A stretch of 64,000 bases of DNA from Eledone cirrhosa (Eukaryota): contig OZ024740.1 of assembly GCA_964016885.1 (NCBI GenBank), forward strand, positions 303,738,001 through 303,802,000, written 5' to 3'. Below the pieces are notes generated by a model. The model saw nothing but the letters and a program-made list of their open reading frames with translations, had not been told where the DNA came from and did no database searches. Every line of letters begins with the position of its first letter. Positions within the stretch are counted from its first letter, which is position 1. Of this stretch, positions 25,175 through 38,560 are shown piece by piece. Made by a program: the position numbers and the translations under genes.

Positions 25175-28100
25175 CCTCAGGTCGCACAGAGTGGATGTAA
25201 TGGTTATTTGCGAGTCCAGGATCAGCAGCTAGCGCCAACTGGCCCCCATCTTCGACGACTTTGAGATCTACGCATCTCTCTGTCAGCCGAGGGGTGGGGG
25301 TGGGGTTGTCGTTCTGCTGCGAAAATACCTGGGTCTTGCCACACAGAAGGTACACCTGGACCCGGAGGGTCGACTGGTGGTTTTAGACGTCGGCAGTGGT
25401 GAAGGTGGAGCTTTCAGGCTGGTAGCAGCGTATGCCTCATCTGGGACACCGCGACCGGACTTCTTCCGACGCCTGGAGAGTTTCCTGGGAACGTCTCGCC
25501 CCTTGCTTTTAGTGGGGGACTGGAATGGTATCCTGGATGCACGTTGGGACTATGTAGGGGCATGTCCCGATAGAGGGGGGTGTAACAGCCTCAAACGATT
25601 AATCGGCCGATTTGATCTGGCCGATAGATATCGACTAGATTTTCCGACTGTGCCACTGTGGACGTGGACTAATCGTAGCGGAACATCTAGGTCGTACCTA
25701 GATAGGTTCCTAGTTAGAAATAAGGATAGAGACATATTAAGCTGTCCACAAATGTTCATGGTTGACCTATTAGGATCACAAGTTGGTGACCGGAGTGGTC
25801 AACCTTGATAGAACTCATAGACAGGGACCCGGTTACTGGAAGCTAAACTTGTCTTTACCGACAAACAAAGCTTACAGTAAGCGGATTAGCCCACTAGTTA
25901 AGCAGCGTTTGACGGGGGCAATTGTCAACAGCAGGTGGTGGGGCTCTCTCAAGAGAGAAATTAGAATAGAATCGATAGGTTTTAGTCGGGAATTAGCATC
26001 AGATAGGAATAGAACTGAAAGGGAATTAATAAATAGAGTAGAAGAGGCGATTAGGAGTGGCAACGTGGCCGGCGTGCTGGCGTCAAGAACGGCCCTAGAC
26101 CAGTTCTTTGATGCGAAGCACGAGGGCTGCGTTGTCAGGAGTAAAATACGTGCTCTGGGTAAGGAGGGAGCCAAAGCTGTTAGCTGGGCCCGAGTGACAG
26201 AGGCAAAAAGTGGAAACAAGTCCACGATTCGGTCTTTGAAGGACCAGGATGGACGCATGATCCTTGAACCTGAGCGGATGAGCGCGGCTTTTCAACGGCG
26301 CTTTGCACGACTGTTCGGGAGGGGCGGCGGGCCGAGTGGGGCCATGGATTTCGGTCCATACCTCGACGGTCTGGCGCGGCTCTCGGACGGGGAGGCGAAG
26401 TCCTGCGAGAGGCCGATTTCAACCGCTGAAATAGGGGAAGCGCTGAGCCAATGCGGCAAACGCAAAACTCCGGGTCTCGATGGTCTACCATACGAACTTT
26501 ATGTAGCGATGCCGGGCTTGTTCTCCGGTCTCCTCGAGGCGGTCTACTGCAACTGGCAACAGAACGGGAGAATTCCCAGTTCTGTGACCAAGGGCGTAGT
26601 CACGCTGGTGAGGAAGGACGAGAACAAGGGGGATGACATAGATAACTTCAGGCCCATAACTCTGCTAAACACAGAGTTAAAGATTTTGGCCAAGGTGTTA
26701 GCGAAGAGGTTGGCGCTTGTCGTCGGGAACCTAGTGGGAGAAGCGCAGACATGCGCAATCCCGTCCAGGTCCATACACGACAACCTCCACCTCATGCGAT
26801 ACATCGTAGAGAGGGTAGGGAACGAACCCGACTTTGGTGGGGCCCTGATCAACTTGGATCAATCTAAGGCGTTCGATAGGGTTGACCATCGGTACCTGGA
26901 TGCGGTGCTCGCGGCGGCAGGCTTCGGACCCGTTTTCATGGGCTGGATTGCTGCAATGCACAGCAGCAACACCTGCTCGAGGGTCAAGGTGAACGGCTAC
27001 CTCTCGGAGCCGTTCCAAATCACGCGATCCATCCGACATGGATGCCCTCTCTCCTCCCTCCTGTATGTGCTGGCTCTCGAGCCACTACTGCGGAAGCTGG
27101 AGCTGTTGCAGGGCATCCCCTTGGAACCGGGATTGCGGAAAGCGGTGTCGGCCTACGCCGATGACGTGACAGTAATGGTGTCGTGTGCCTCGGAAATCGG
27201 GCAGATCAGCACCTTACTGGAGGAATATGAAAGGTTCACAGGAGCCAAGCTGAACCGGGACAAGTCCGTCGGTTTGCAACTCGGGACGTGGAGGGGCAAA
27301 ACGATGCCCTCCGACGGCATCGTCGGACGCTGGACGGAGGGACTGGTGAAGCTGCTCGGGGTCTGGTTCGGACCGGACCTCCAGGTGGAGAAAAACTGGG
27401 ACGAGGTAACGGGCAAGGTGTTTGCACTCGCCCAGAAGTGGGTCGAGTGCAAACTATCCCTGAAAGGTCGAGCGGAGGTGGCGAACGATTATATAGCGTC
27501 CATCATCTACTACCGCTTGACCGTCGTGCCTTGCCCAGAGAAAGCACTCGCCAAAATGGAGCGCGCGCTCTTCCGATTTCTTTGGAAGAAGCGGGCTCCT
27601 TTGGTGAGAAGATCCATCTGCTGTCAACACCCTTCGAACGGAGGGCTAGGGACGCCGTGGCTGACGATGCGTAGACACGCATTAAGGCTACGGCACCTCC
27701 AGGTATTCCTCACCGGTCAGCCGGTGTGGGCCCTGTTTGTGAGGCGAGCCTTTCCGAGACTCGTTTCACTCACCGAGCTGCAATCCTGGGTCAAGCAAAG
27801 ACCGAGAAAAATTGGCGACTGGCACAGTGAATGTGCCCAGGCGCTCACGGCCCTCTGGCAAGCGGATCCGGCAATCAGTGGAGACTCAACCTCAACATTC
27901 TATAGAGGGTTGGTGCGCAGTAAGTGCGACGACGCTCTCGGAGAGGCTCTGGGCATGGAGGAAGATGAGCTGACCAGTCTGTTCGGTAGGATGTTTGGCC
28001 CGGGACCGATGGACAACTTCCAAAAGTCCCTGGCTTGGCAATGTTACCGAGGAGCACTACCCGTTCGGGACAAGCTCTACAGACACGGGCGCCCGGGTAG

Positions 28101-28536
28101 GGACCCCTCGAAGAAGATCTGTCCGAGATGCGTGCGTGACGAGGAAACCGTCGCACACGCATTCGTACACTGCCCGGGCGTTGCTGACCTGTGGGGCTAT
28201 GTGGAACCACTACTGTCGCGGGTGGGACCAATCCAGTTGACCACCGAGAACATTGTCACGATCAAACCGCCTCCCCCTTTCAAAAACGAAGGAGAGGCGG
28301 TTTTCCTCTGTGTGATAGCTATGGCGAAAGAAGTGGTATGGTGGACAAGGTTGAAAGGGCTGAGGTCAGACACCTTTCTCTCCGGCCAACAACTGGTCTT
28401 TTTTTTCAAGTACCACTTTAGAAGAAGGATCAAAATGGAGAGAGAGGTGCTCTACCCCAGCAAGTTTTATGAAAGGTGGGTGAAAGTAGCGAGAATGGCC
28501 CGAGTGAATGGGCCTTCTCTCTATATCAGCCTGTAG
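25098..28536 (+). pseudogene. Tx1 ORF2: APE endonuclease, reverse transcriptase and zf-RVT; one stop (~25229) and one frameshift (~25770)
   Basis: VNARGL, VGDWN, SYLDRF, GPGYWKLN, DQSKAFDRV, YADD, CPRC..ETVAHAFVHC. Confidence 0.95.
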
Positions 28537-29325
28537 GTGAGAGAGGAGAAGAATGAGAAGAGGAAGGAAGCACCCGCTCTTTGTGCTCCTGAAGATGAGG
28601 GTTGCACATTTTTTCGGGGGTGTGTGCGACCCATGTCAACGCCCCTCCCTATTGAGGACATCGATTGTTAAATTTAATTTGTTATATGTTTTTTACACGT
28701 CTTTTTAAATGTATGTAAACTCCCCCCTTTGTATTTGTCCCAATCTTTGATGCCCTGGTGGCAAATAAATTGAAATTTATATCAATTAACACCAAACTCT
28801 CCCCCTCTATGTATTTACTATACGGAACTCTCTTCAAATTCCTCTCTATATCAATAAACATCAATCTCTCCCCCTCTCTATATCTAATATACAACACATT
28901 CTCCCAACCTTCCTCTCTATATCAATTACCACCAAACTCTTCCCTCTCTCTATATCTATCTCTCCCATCTGTTTCTACATAACATGTACATAAATTGTAG
29001 CGCATATAAATAGATGTGTGGTTTGGTAGTTTTGGGAGAAAAATATTATTCGAGGGATCTCTCTGTAAAATATAATTGACATAATATGTTTATATATAAC
29101 AGATAACAAAATATTTCCATCATTGTATATCTTCTCTCTGTAAAATATAATTGACATAATATGTTTATGTATATCAGATAACAAAATATTTTCATCATTG
29201 TATAACTTCTGTCAGTAAAATATAATTGACATATATTTATGTATAACAGATAATAAAATAAAATTTTCGTTTGTTGATGAAAAAAATTATATGGATTAAA
29301 AGCTATGAATTGTTACGTTTCTCAC

Positions 29326-29435
29326 CGATCTTATAAAACGTTTCGTAGTAGATTTGAAGAACTCAGATGATTCATCAGCCAAGCTTTTGTTCCATTTTTC
29401 CATCATTGATAGTCGACAGACAAGTACTGTTATAT
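29326..29435 (-). CDS. Exon encoding SEA domain N-terminal part (ITVLVCRLSMMEKWNKSLADESSEFFKSTTKRFIRS)
   Basis: AG acceptor and gtgaga donor; 110 nt, phase 1 to 0; resembles the SEA W/F-x-x-x-L-x-D-x-x-S-x-x-F pattern. Confidence 0.88.
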
Positions 29436-30684
29436 CTATTAAGAAGAAGAAATACAATATAATTTTCAAAAACCAACTCAAATCACTATGTACTCTCGGG
29501 TCTCGAATAATTGCTCCCCCCACCCTCTCCACTTATTAACTACTCAGATTTGTTACATCCCCACCTCTCCATTCTCTTATTCAAACCCCCTCTCCCCTGC
29601 TTATTAAATTTTGCTAATCTATCTCCAGCGAAATTTTATTTTAAGTGGTAGCATTCCTACGATAATTTAATAACGTATGGGATTTCTAGTAAGGTTCTTT
29701 TTTGTCATGTATATTGTTTTTTAATGTCTTAAGAAAATTAATTCAAATATGCAAAATAACACTTCAAGAAACTGAGTACATACGAAGTAGAGTGCTCTCA
29801 ATACAATAGTAAACAAGGCCCTCTTTCAGCTACCATTCCCTGACCTACGTGCCATGATCGCAATTTTCATCCACCTTTCAACAAATTTACTGAGGGCATC
29901 ACTTCCTTCTCCACCCTCACTTTCTTTGAAAACGTCGATGAAGAGGAAATAGTTTCTATTTAGTCAATACAGTCGCGTCAATCTCAATCTCTTTCACCAT
30001 AGCCACCAGACAGAGGAAAACTGTCTGCCCTTCCTGGCCAAAGGAAGGCAACAGGACGAAATTGATGATGTACTTGGTCGATAGCCGAATCTGTCCCACA
30101 CTCGAGAACAGCTGTTCGATAAAACTCCACGGGTCAGCAATGCTCGGACACTGAACAAGTGCCTACAGAACTGTACCGTGACCGCTATATGTTATGCATT
30201 TCTGGAAAATATGCATAGTCCCCAACCTTGAAGTTCTCCTGAATAAACCAGCCTTTTGATCTTCGTTGACGCCCAGAGTTTCGTCGAGAACGTCGTCGAT
30301 CTTCCTCAACACTAGTCCTCTTTAAAATGCCACTGTTGAAGAGCCACTGACCGCATTGTCCGATTTGTACAGAGCTAGCAGCCCTTGTCAACATTTCAGA
30401 TGCCAGTGGCCCAATCTTTGTCTGCGCTTGTCCGAGGACTGCAGCTCCGTCAAAGAGATGCGCTGTGGATAAACGTACTTGACAAAAAGCAACCGTCTAT
30501 AAATTTCTATAGATTCTGCAGCCTCGGCGCATGCCTGCGCATCATCAGCCACAACATATCGAGTCTTCCGTGTCGATATATAAAGTGAGAGAGAGAGAGG
30601 GGAGAAGAGAAAGAGAGGGGGGAGAAGACGGAGGGGAGAAGAGAGAGAGAGAGAATCTGCGGTGCGGTTGGGATTTTACCTATT

Positions 30685-30736
<52 letters not shown>

Positions 30737-31028
30737 TATAAAACACAAAACGTTCCGTTTTTGAGGGGTTCTTTGCTAAAATCTTATGAGTTGGAAATGA
30801 TCAATTACGTCCCTTTGTTGACGTCTTTTCTCAGCAGAATGACCCCCCCCACCCCCCACCTCGCCTCACAAAACTGGAAAGACCCGCGTTCTATTGCTTG
30901 TTGCGGTAAGCGTCTGACAAGTCATCGACCAACAATTTTGCTGTATGTACGTAAAACTCATAGAATAGACCATCCAAAGCAAGTGGTCTTTCTTGCTTGT
31001 TTTTATTTGAATTTAGGAACTCACTATA

Positions 31029-31063
<35 letters not shown>

Positions 31064-31165
31064 CCCTCCCTCTCTCTTCCTTTTTGTCTCTCTCTCTCTC
31101 TGTTTTGAAAATTTGGGATAATAAATGTTATTTGCGGTAAAATAAATAGAAACTTCTTCGTCCAC

Positions 31166-31290
31166 TTATTCCTGGGAGGGTTGTGGGAACAGGGTCCTCA
31201 AACACACCTTCCAGTGGGTCCTGTCAGAAGCAACCGTTTCCAACTGATCCGGCTGGATCTCCAAGCGAGACCAACCGAGCTCATGGATGT
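31166..31290 (-). mobile_element. RTE LINE 3' fragment
   Basis: IQPDQLETVASDRTHWK. Confidence 0.55.
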
Positions 31291-31683
31291 TATCGAACGA
31301 TCTTGTTAGAAACTGGAATTTTAAATTAGTTGTTCTTACTGTTGCTATTATTGTTGCTGTATTGAGAGAACATAACTGAAGACGTTCGCTTGGCAATCAT
31401 TAAGTCTCGGAATTGATCCCACTGCTTGGCATCTTAGGCAAATGTCATTTACCATAGCTTCAGATCAACCTATGCCTTGTGTATAATTAAATATATGGTC
31501 AACCATACATAATTAGGTAAAAATTAAAGTTAGAAATGTTTATATACATACCAGGATTAAATCACTAAATCCCATATATATATATATACCAGGATTAAAT
31601 CACTAAATCACTAAATCCCATATATATATATCTTAGTTCATTTTTATTCAAATATTTTAATTTTTATTATATATATGATCTTA

Positions 31684-31895
31684 TGGACTGGCAGTATCGG
31701 TAGAGGGCCAGACACCATGCTTTGCAGCATAGAGTTACGGCCCTTTATGATCTGAGTTCAAATCCCGCCAAGGTTAACTTTGCCTTTCATCCTTACGGGG
31801 TCAATAAAATAAAGCACCAGTCACGTACTGGGTCGATTTAATCGACTTTCCTCTCCCCTAAAATTGCTGGCTTTGTGCCTATATAAGAAACTATT
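31684..31895 (+). mobile_element. tRNA-derived SINE (octopus-type), representative copy; others at about 7849, 14108, 14560, 18830(-), 32940, 37320, 38210, 54382(-), 57325(-), 63283 and 63930(-)
   Basis: A-box-like tggcagtatcgg, B-box gttcaaatcc and shared body ttgcctttcatccttacggggtcgataaaataaagtaccag. Confidence 0.9.
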
Positions 31896-32026
31896 AAATA
31901 TATGATTCTTATTATGTAAGTCTAAGGATGTTAGACACAATTATAAAGTCCAAGATCCAAAGATTGAGACTTAAATATTTCCTGAAAGAAAATCAAGTTG
32001 TGTGTGTGTTTACACTTTATAATATA

Positions 32027-33561
32027 CTAGCAGTAAAGCCCGGCGTTGCTCGGGGCTGCTCAGTAGCTGTGTTAAAGTTACAATGTTAAGTTCCTTTCTT
32101 GGCTTAAAAACTGTAGAGTCTACAGTGTAGACTTTCATATGGCACTTTTGATTAATATTCCCTCAACCAACAGTATGCCTTATGAAGTTAAGAAAACATA
32201 ACCATAACTCGAATGTTAAAACAAAAGAGGATGCTGGGGATAAAAACTGCACTGGTAATCTATTAACAAAAATCGAAAATGTAAACACTGCAACATTTGT
32301 CTCAGAAAAAAACATCAGCGTAACCAAACTATCAGTTATTTTGAAACAAAGAAATTGGATGGACATCACCTCTCTACACGACTGTCTGTCTGCACAACTT
32401 TATATATCACTTCTTCCTATATCACTTCTCTGCGCGACTGTCTGTATGCATGCCTCCATCGTCTATCAGCCCGACTGTCTGTCTGCACAACTTTATCGCC
32501 TATATGACCTCTCTGCACGACTATCTGTCTGCACAACTTTATCGCCTATAGCAGTAAAGCCCGGTGTTGCTCGGGGCTGCTCAGTAGCTGTGTTAAAGTT
32601 ACAATGTTAAGTTCCTTTCACATTCATCTGTAGGACAAACGTAGCCCATGTGTCAAGTTTTGTGATAATCGGTTGCGAACTCCAGAAGTTATGACGTTTT
32701 GTTGCATTGCACTACAGTGCTTCAGTCGACTCCAAGGAAGTGGTTAAAGGGGGTTATCTGCCGGGAGGCCCTATAATCAATATCTGGAAAAATGAAAGTG
32801 CCCATGACCATCCGGAGTACATAAGTACGTGTGTGTGTATGTATGTATTTGTGTGTGCGTATGTATATGTATGTATATGTCCGTCGGCACATACGTATGT
32901 ACTGGCCTAAATCTTCACTATTTACTTTTACTATTTTAAGACAAAGTTAAAATCCCATCGAGGTTAACTTTGCCTTTCATCCTTACGGGGTTGATAAAAT
33001 AAAGTACTAGTAATGTACTGGGTAATTGCTGGCCTTGTGCCAAAAGTAGAAACAACTATTTTAATAACCTCTGTCATTTTCGTTTAGAATTTTATTTACA
33101 TCATTCTTAAACTCCGGGGCTGGAAATCATTTGGTTATTTTAAATAGAATATTAGTCTAACGACTCCATTTATACCAAAACTTGGTCTCGTCTTTGCATG
33201 AAATTGTTCTTCTCGGCCCACATAACGACGTATTATCCTCGCTTTTTTCCGTTCATTACCACGGAACGTCTTCACGGACCAAAATATCGTCTTCCTGTTT
33301 TCCTTCGGTTGCAACGTTTCTCGAAATATTTAATTTTGCGTTCACAGATGGAATTTTTTAGTTTAAGAAGATCCCGTTAATGTTGAAAGCAACGATTCTT
33401 TGCTTAAACTTTCTTTCGTTCTCAACCCCTCGCCCTTTTTTCTCATACCCTCTCTCTCTCACTCATACCCCCCTCTCTCTCTCTCTCTCTCTCTCTTCCT
33501 CTACAGAATGGAGAACAATAAAGAACGCGCAGATCTCTCTTTCTCTCTCTCTTTATATATA

Positions 33562-33603
<42 letters not shown>

Positions 33604-34033
33604 CCAGCGTTCGTCGCCATTCTCTCTCTCTATCTGATTATCTTGTACCTCTCTCTGTATAACGACCTATCTCACTCTCTCTACATCTCCCTTTCTCTCT
33701 TTAGATGTATATGTATATGTGTGTGTGTGTGTGTGTGATATATATATAGAGAGAGAGTTGCAACATGTATGTAGTTTCATAGATATTTTAGGGTAGTAGT
33801 GAGAGGAATTAAGCGTGTAAGAGAGAGGGTTACAGCATGTATTTAGTTTTATCGATTTTTTTTTTCATAGAAGCAGGAAATCTTTGGCAAATTTTATTAC
33901 GCGTTGACCATCCTTGGTAAATTTGGATCACATTGGAAAAATAATCATCAAAATCGGTAGAGAAATGTGGAAATGCATAAAAATCATACACACACACAGC
34001 CAGACATCTTCCGTTTTATATATATATATAGAG
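32027..34033 (-). mobile_element. Composite Helitron-like region with duplicated 3' terminus
   Basis: Minus-strand hairpin cccgagcaacgccggg followed by CTAG at 32027, repeated near 32549; TC-tatatataaaa 5'-type end near 34033. Confidence 0.6.
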
Positions 34034-34294
34034 ATTTCGTGTACGATGTAATTATTTTCATATATTTCCTAATCATTTTCGTTCGTCGCGTAATTATGAT
34101 CCAACCTGTCTAAACGTGGATGTTTTTGTGGACTCTGTGACACAGCATCTCCCCTATCGTTAATAAAATAAATGTATGCATGCGTTCACACGCGTACATA
34201 TGTGCTTATATACAATCCTTATCGAGCCCTCTTCGGATGTTGGTTTTCGTAATTATTATTATATATATATATAAATGAAAGGTATAGAAATTGT

Positions 34295-34394
<100 letters not shown>

Positions 34395-34445
34395 ACTGGC
34401 GGTGTTTACTACTAGTTCTTACAACCGGCGGCGGCAGAACGAAAA

Positions 34446-34582
34446 CTTGTTGACGAAGTAAATTCCACTGTTCTATCTTCCAATACCAATTAACTTGCAG
34501 GCCCCTGCAAATGGATTTTGTTGATTTCGGATTTACAGAAACCTAGTGGAAATATTACGTAATATTTCCACGATGGTCCAGG
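34446..34582 (+). ncRNA. Degenerate hammerhead with expanded stems II and III
   Basis: cttg-TTGACGA-agtaaattcc...ggatttaca-GAAACc...gGTC-cagg; stem III carries the perfect 26-nt palindrome gtggaaatattacgtaatatttccac. Confidence 0.6.
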
Positions 34583-34793
34583 TAATTGTCAAAAATTTTC
34601 CCGAGTCGGTTTTTTTCGTTGTTCTGGTCCTAGCGGCTCGCATACCGGTCGCTGTCTTCAATTTGCATAGCTGTCTAAACGTAATGTTATAACTCTAATG
34701 AAAAATTGAGTGCTTTTGGCTGCACTTTCCGATTGCATTTGCATTCGTTAGCTTTCCCGCAACCAGAGCTTCGATTATGCTGTACTACCTTCT

Positions 34794-35259
<466 letters not shown>

Positions 35260-35708
35260 GGTCAGTCAATGATAAACATTGATTACCAGCTGAATTAATT
35301 ATAGAAATATAAACTATACTAAAGTGAAAACCAACCAAAACGAAACAGTGAGTGTGTTTTATTATATATTTCTGGCAATATTATAACAACATGACTCTCC
35401 CCAAATATAATTGTTTCAACACACGATTTCATATCTAAAACCTTGCAAAACAAATTCATCGCCGTCACAGCTCTTATATATAATGTACTTTTCCTAAATA
35501 CTATATGTACAAAATACTGTGGGTTTCTCTAACGATATATGGTTCTTTCTCTCTGTATATATATCTTTCAATTTGTGTGTGTGTGTAAGTAACTACAGTT
35601 ATGGTGGGCGGGCCTTTCGAAGCACTCAATGTTGTGACGAGGTCCGTCTCGTTGGGATTGTATTCCAGAGTTAAGGCGGCTTAAATGTGCAGAGTGTAGA
35701 TATATTAG

Positions 35709-35964
35709 AAGAATCGAAGTCAGTGTTGCAGCATATGTATAAACTTTATTGCCATTTTACAATTGTTTCTAAATCGATCAGCTCAGGGTACAATCAAGAT
35801 GACGGAGCTTGACTCTTTTCGACAACTCGTTAGATAGGCAAATTTATATGTGCACATATAATTTCGCATATCTGAGGAGTTGTCAAAAAAAGGTGATCAA
35901 TATCGAAACAATTGTAATATGCCAATAAAGTTTGCACATATACTGCAACACTGACTTCGATTCT
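35709..35964. repeat. Imperfect palindrome of two head-to-head hammerhead-bearing arms; intact-core fold at 35866-35922(+)
   Basis: Centre tatatgtg|cacatata; right arm gcatat-CTGAGGA...GAAACAATTGTA-atatgc; left arm has a decayed core (CTAACGA). Confidence 0.8.
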
Positions 35965-36030
35965 TTATATATATATTCAAATTCTCCGCTGTTTGTAAAC
36001 AAAGGTAATTTTCAAAAACAACGCTAAGCT

Positions 36031-36185
<155 letters not shown>

Positions 36186-37586
36186 AACGAAAATGTGCAC
36201 TTTGGCCAACTGGGTTCGAATTTTAATAATTTGAACTTAGTTGTCCATCGACTTAGTGAGGAAACGGCCGAAGCTATGTTCGTTCTATTCGACTTACTTC
36301 ATCTCCTGATTATTTTAACTTCCGGTGAACTATACCACATTTAAAAATCGAAGTTGTAGCCACAATATAACAGATACTAATACAATTGTTTGAAGCAGTC
36401 ACAAACCACTCAATGATGCGAAAATCTAATACACACATACATACGTGTGTGTGTGTGTGTGTGTGTGTGTGATTGTGTGTGTGTGTGCGTATGTATTTCT
36501 CTGGATTATGCTCTTTCCTGATGAAAGAGTAATATCTGATACGTTGAAACATTCATTTTCATTTTCCGACAAGCGTGCAGCAAATAAGATTTCGTATTAT
36601 TGAACCTCAGTGTTCATCTTATTTATCTCGAACTACATACATATATATATGTGTGATTTTTGAAGGATGAAAATACATATATTTTATTGACTCTATAGCC
36701 TGTGTGCATTCTTCGAAGATAATTTATGCGACCGGTGCCTACCAAAAAAACTTAAGCCCTGATGAATTTACTTCTACAATGCTGCATTGAGTTCTATCAA
36801 CATTAGCTTCCCCACATTAAATAGGTGTATATCAATTATATATATATATATATATATATATATTCACGTTCTTAGTGAATTATTAAAAAAAGAAAGACAT
36901 TTAGTATATCTAACATAGGTTATGATGACTCCAGACGTAAGGAGGAGGACTTCGTGGTTTATCTTAAAACATAAAAGCGACAATAACATCGTTTAATAAA
37001 TTATGTAGTTATTTTCTGTTACGTGTTGATAAGTATAATTCATAGTTCTGAAGACCTTTGATATAAACATTAGAGATCCAGACAAAATGGTGCACGTTGT
37101 TGTTGTTTAGCACTGAGCAGGTCTATGGCGTAGTCCTATAATCTCGTGATCATTTTGTTAAGTAACGTGCGGGATTACACCATCCAATGTCTTTTTGTTT
37201 TATAGATAGTTGCCTAAGATTTGGTGGAGATTTGGTTGCTATTTTCAGCAGGTTCGGTGGTTATGTAGAGGCTGTCTTATTGCTCTGTATTGAAGCATAA
37301 AATATTATAGTAAGTGTAAGGGCGATAGATTGCTGGAATCGTTAGAGCGTCGGAGAAAATGTTTGCGATTTTTAGTTACGTTTTATTCATTACGTTCTTA
37401 GTTCAAATCCAACCAAAGTTAAAGGTCAACTTTACTGTTCATCCTTCTGTGGTCTTTAAATAAAGTATCAGTGAAGTACTGGAGTCAATATATTCGACTT
37501 ACCCCTCCCCACACGTTGCTGACCTTGCGCTTCAATTAAAAATCATTATAGTATGCGTATGTGTGATGAACAGAGAAAGAGACTCC

Positions 37587-37853
37587 TGTAACGAAATTCT
37601 CCTATGTTTTATCTGCCGAAGATTCGAAACCGAATCTGAGGGTTCTCGCCTCTAAAACCACCTGTTGTTGGGAGTTCCCACCATTGTCCTGTCAAGAGCC
37701 TGGTGTCACAGGTCAAGTGGTATATACGTTTATCATAGTTGTCTCTTGACAGGACAATGGTGGAAAATCCCAACAATAGGTGGTTTTAGAGGCGAAACTC
37801 TCAGATTCGGTTTCGAATCTTCGCCAGGTAAAACATAGGAGAATTCCGTTACA
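37587..37853. mobile_element. Foldback MITE with ~110-bp TIRs, TGT...ACA ends (Ginger-like)
   Basis: 4-bp TSD ctcc on both sides; ~44-bp spacer. Confidence 0.85.
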
Positions 37854-38560
37854 CTCCTCTCGGAAAGAATGAAACTTTTGTAGGAATTGAAATTGTATCT
37901 AAGCTACAAAGCATATCATTCTCACTGATTTATAATGCTGTATTAGCAATACATCACCACTAAATTAACTTTATATATTTGATCTCTCTAGACTGAATGT
38001 AATTAATGTTCTAAGAGTGATTTGGAGGATGAGAAAAACAAATAGTAAATCGGGGCTACCATATTTAATTCAATATAGAATGCACTGAGGGATTAGTCTA
38101 AACATTGACATTACAGGGGGAAATGTTTTCGTCTGATTAGACTTCTTCAACGAAGCATAATGAAAATGCATTAGCTCACTACATCAAATATGTTAGCATT
38201 ATTTTTACTAAAGTTAAAATCCTGCCGAGGTTAACTTTACCTTTCATCCTTACGGGGTCGATAAAATAAAGTACCAGTAATACACTGGGATAATTGCTGG
38301 CCCTGTGCCAAAAAGTAGAAACAATTATTTTTACTATGTGAGAGGTGAGACATAAAACAAGTGGAAGGTAACCAAATTTCAAGTCCCGAAGTCAGCTGTT
38401 GAGTGAACTTTCACAACGTCTTCTTATTCTCTTAAATATATATATATGTAGAGGGAGAGAGAGAGGAGGAGACATATACATATACACACACAGAAAGAAA
38501 GGCGTCGTCAGTCTCAACCGACCTTTCATAGCTTTATATGCCTCCATAATTGTATGGCAA

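Larger units (their letters stand above)
23077..28777 (+). mobile_element. Full-length Tx1/L1-clade LINE
   Basis: 15-bp TSD tatatcaattaacac (23062-23076 and 28778-28792); ORF1, ORF2 and a 3' UTR with AATAAA. Confidence 0.95.
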
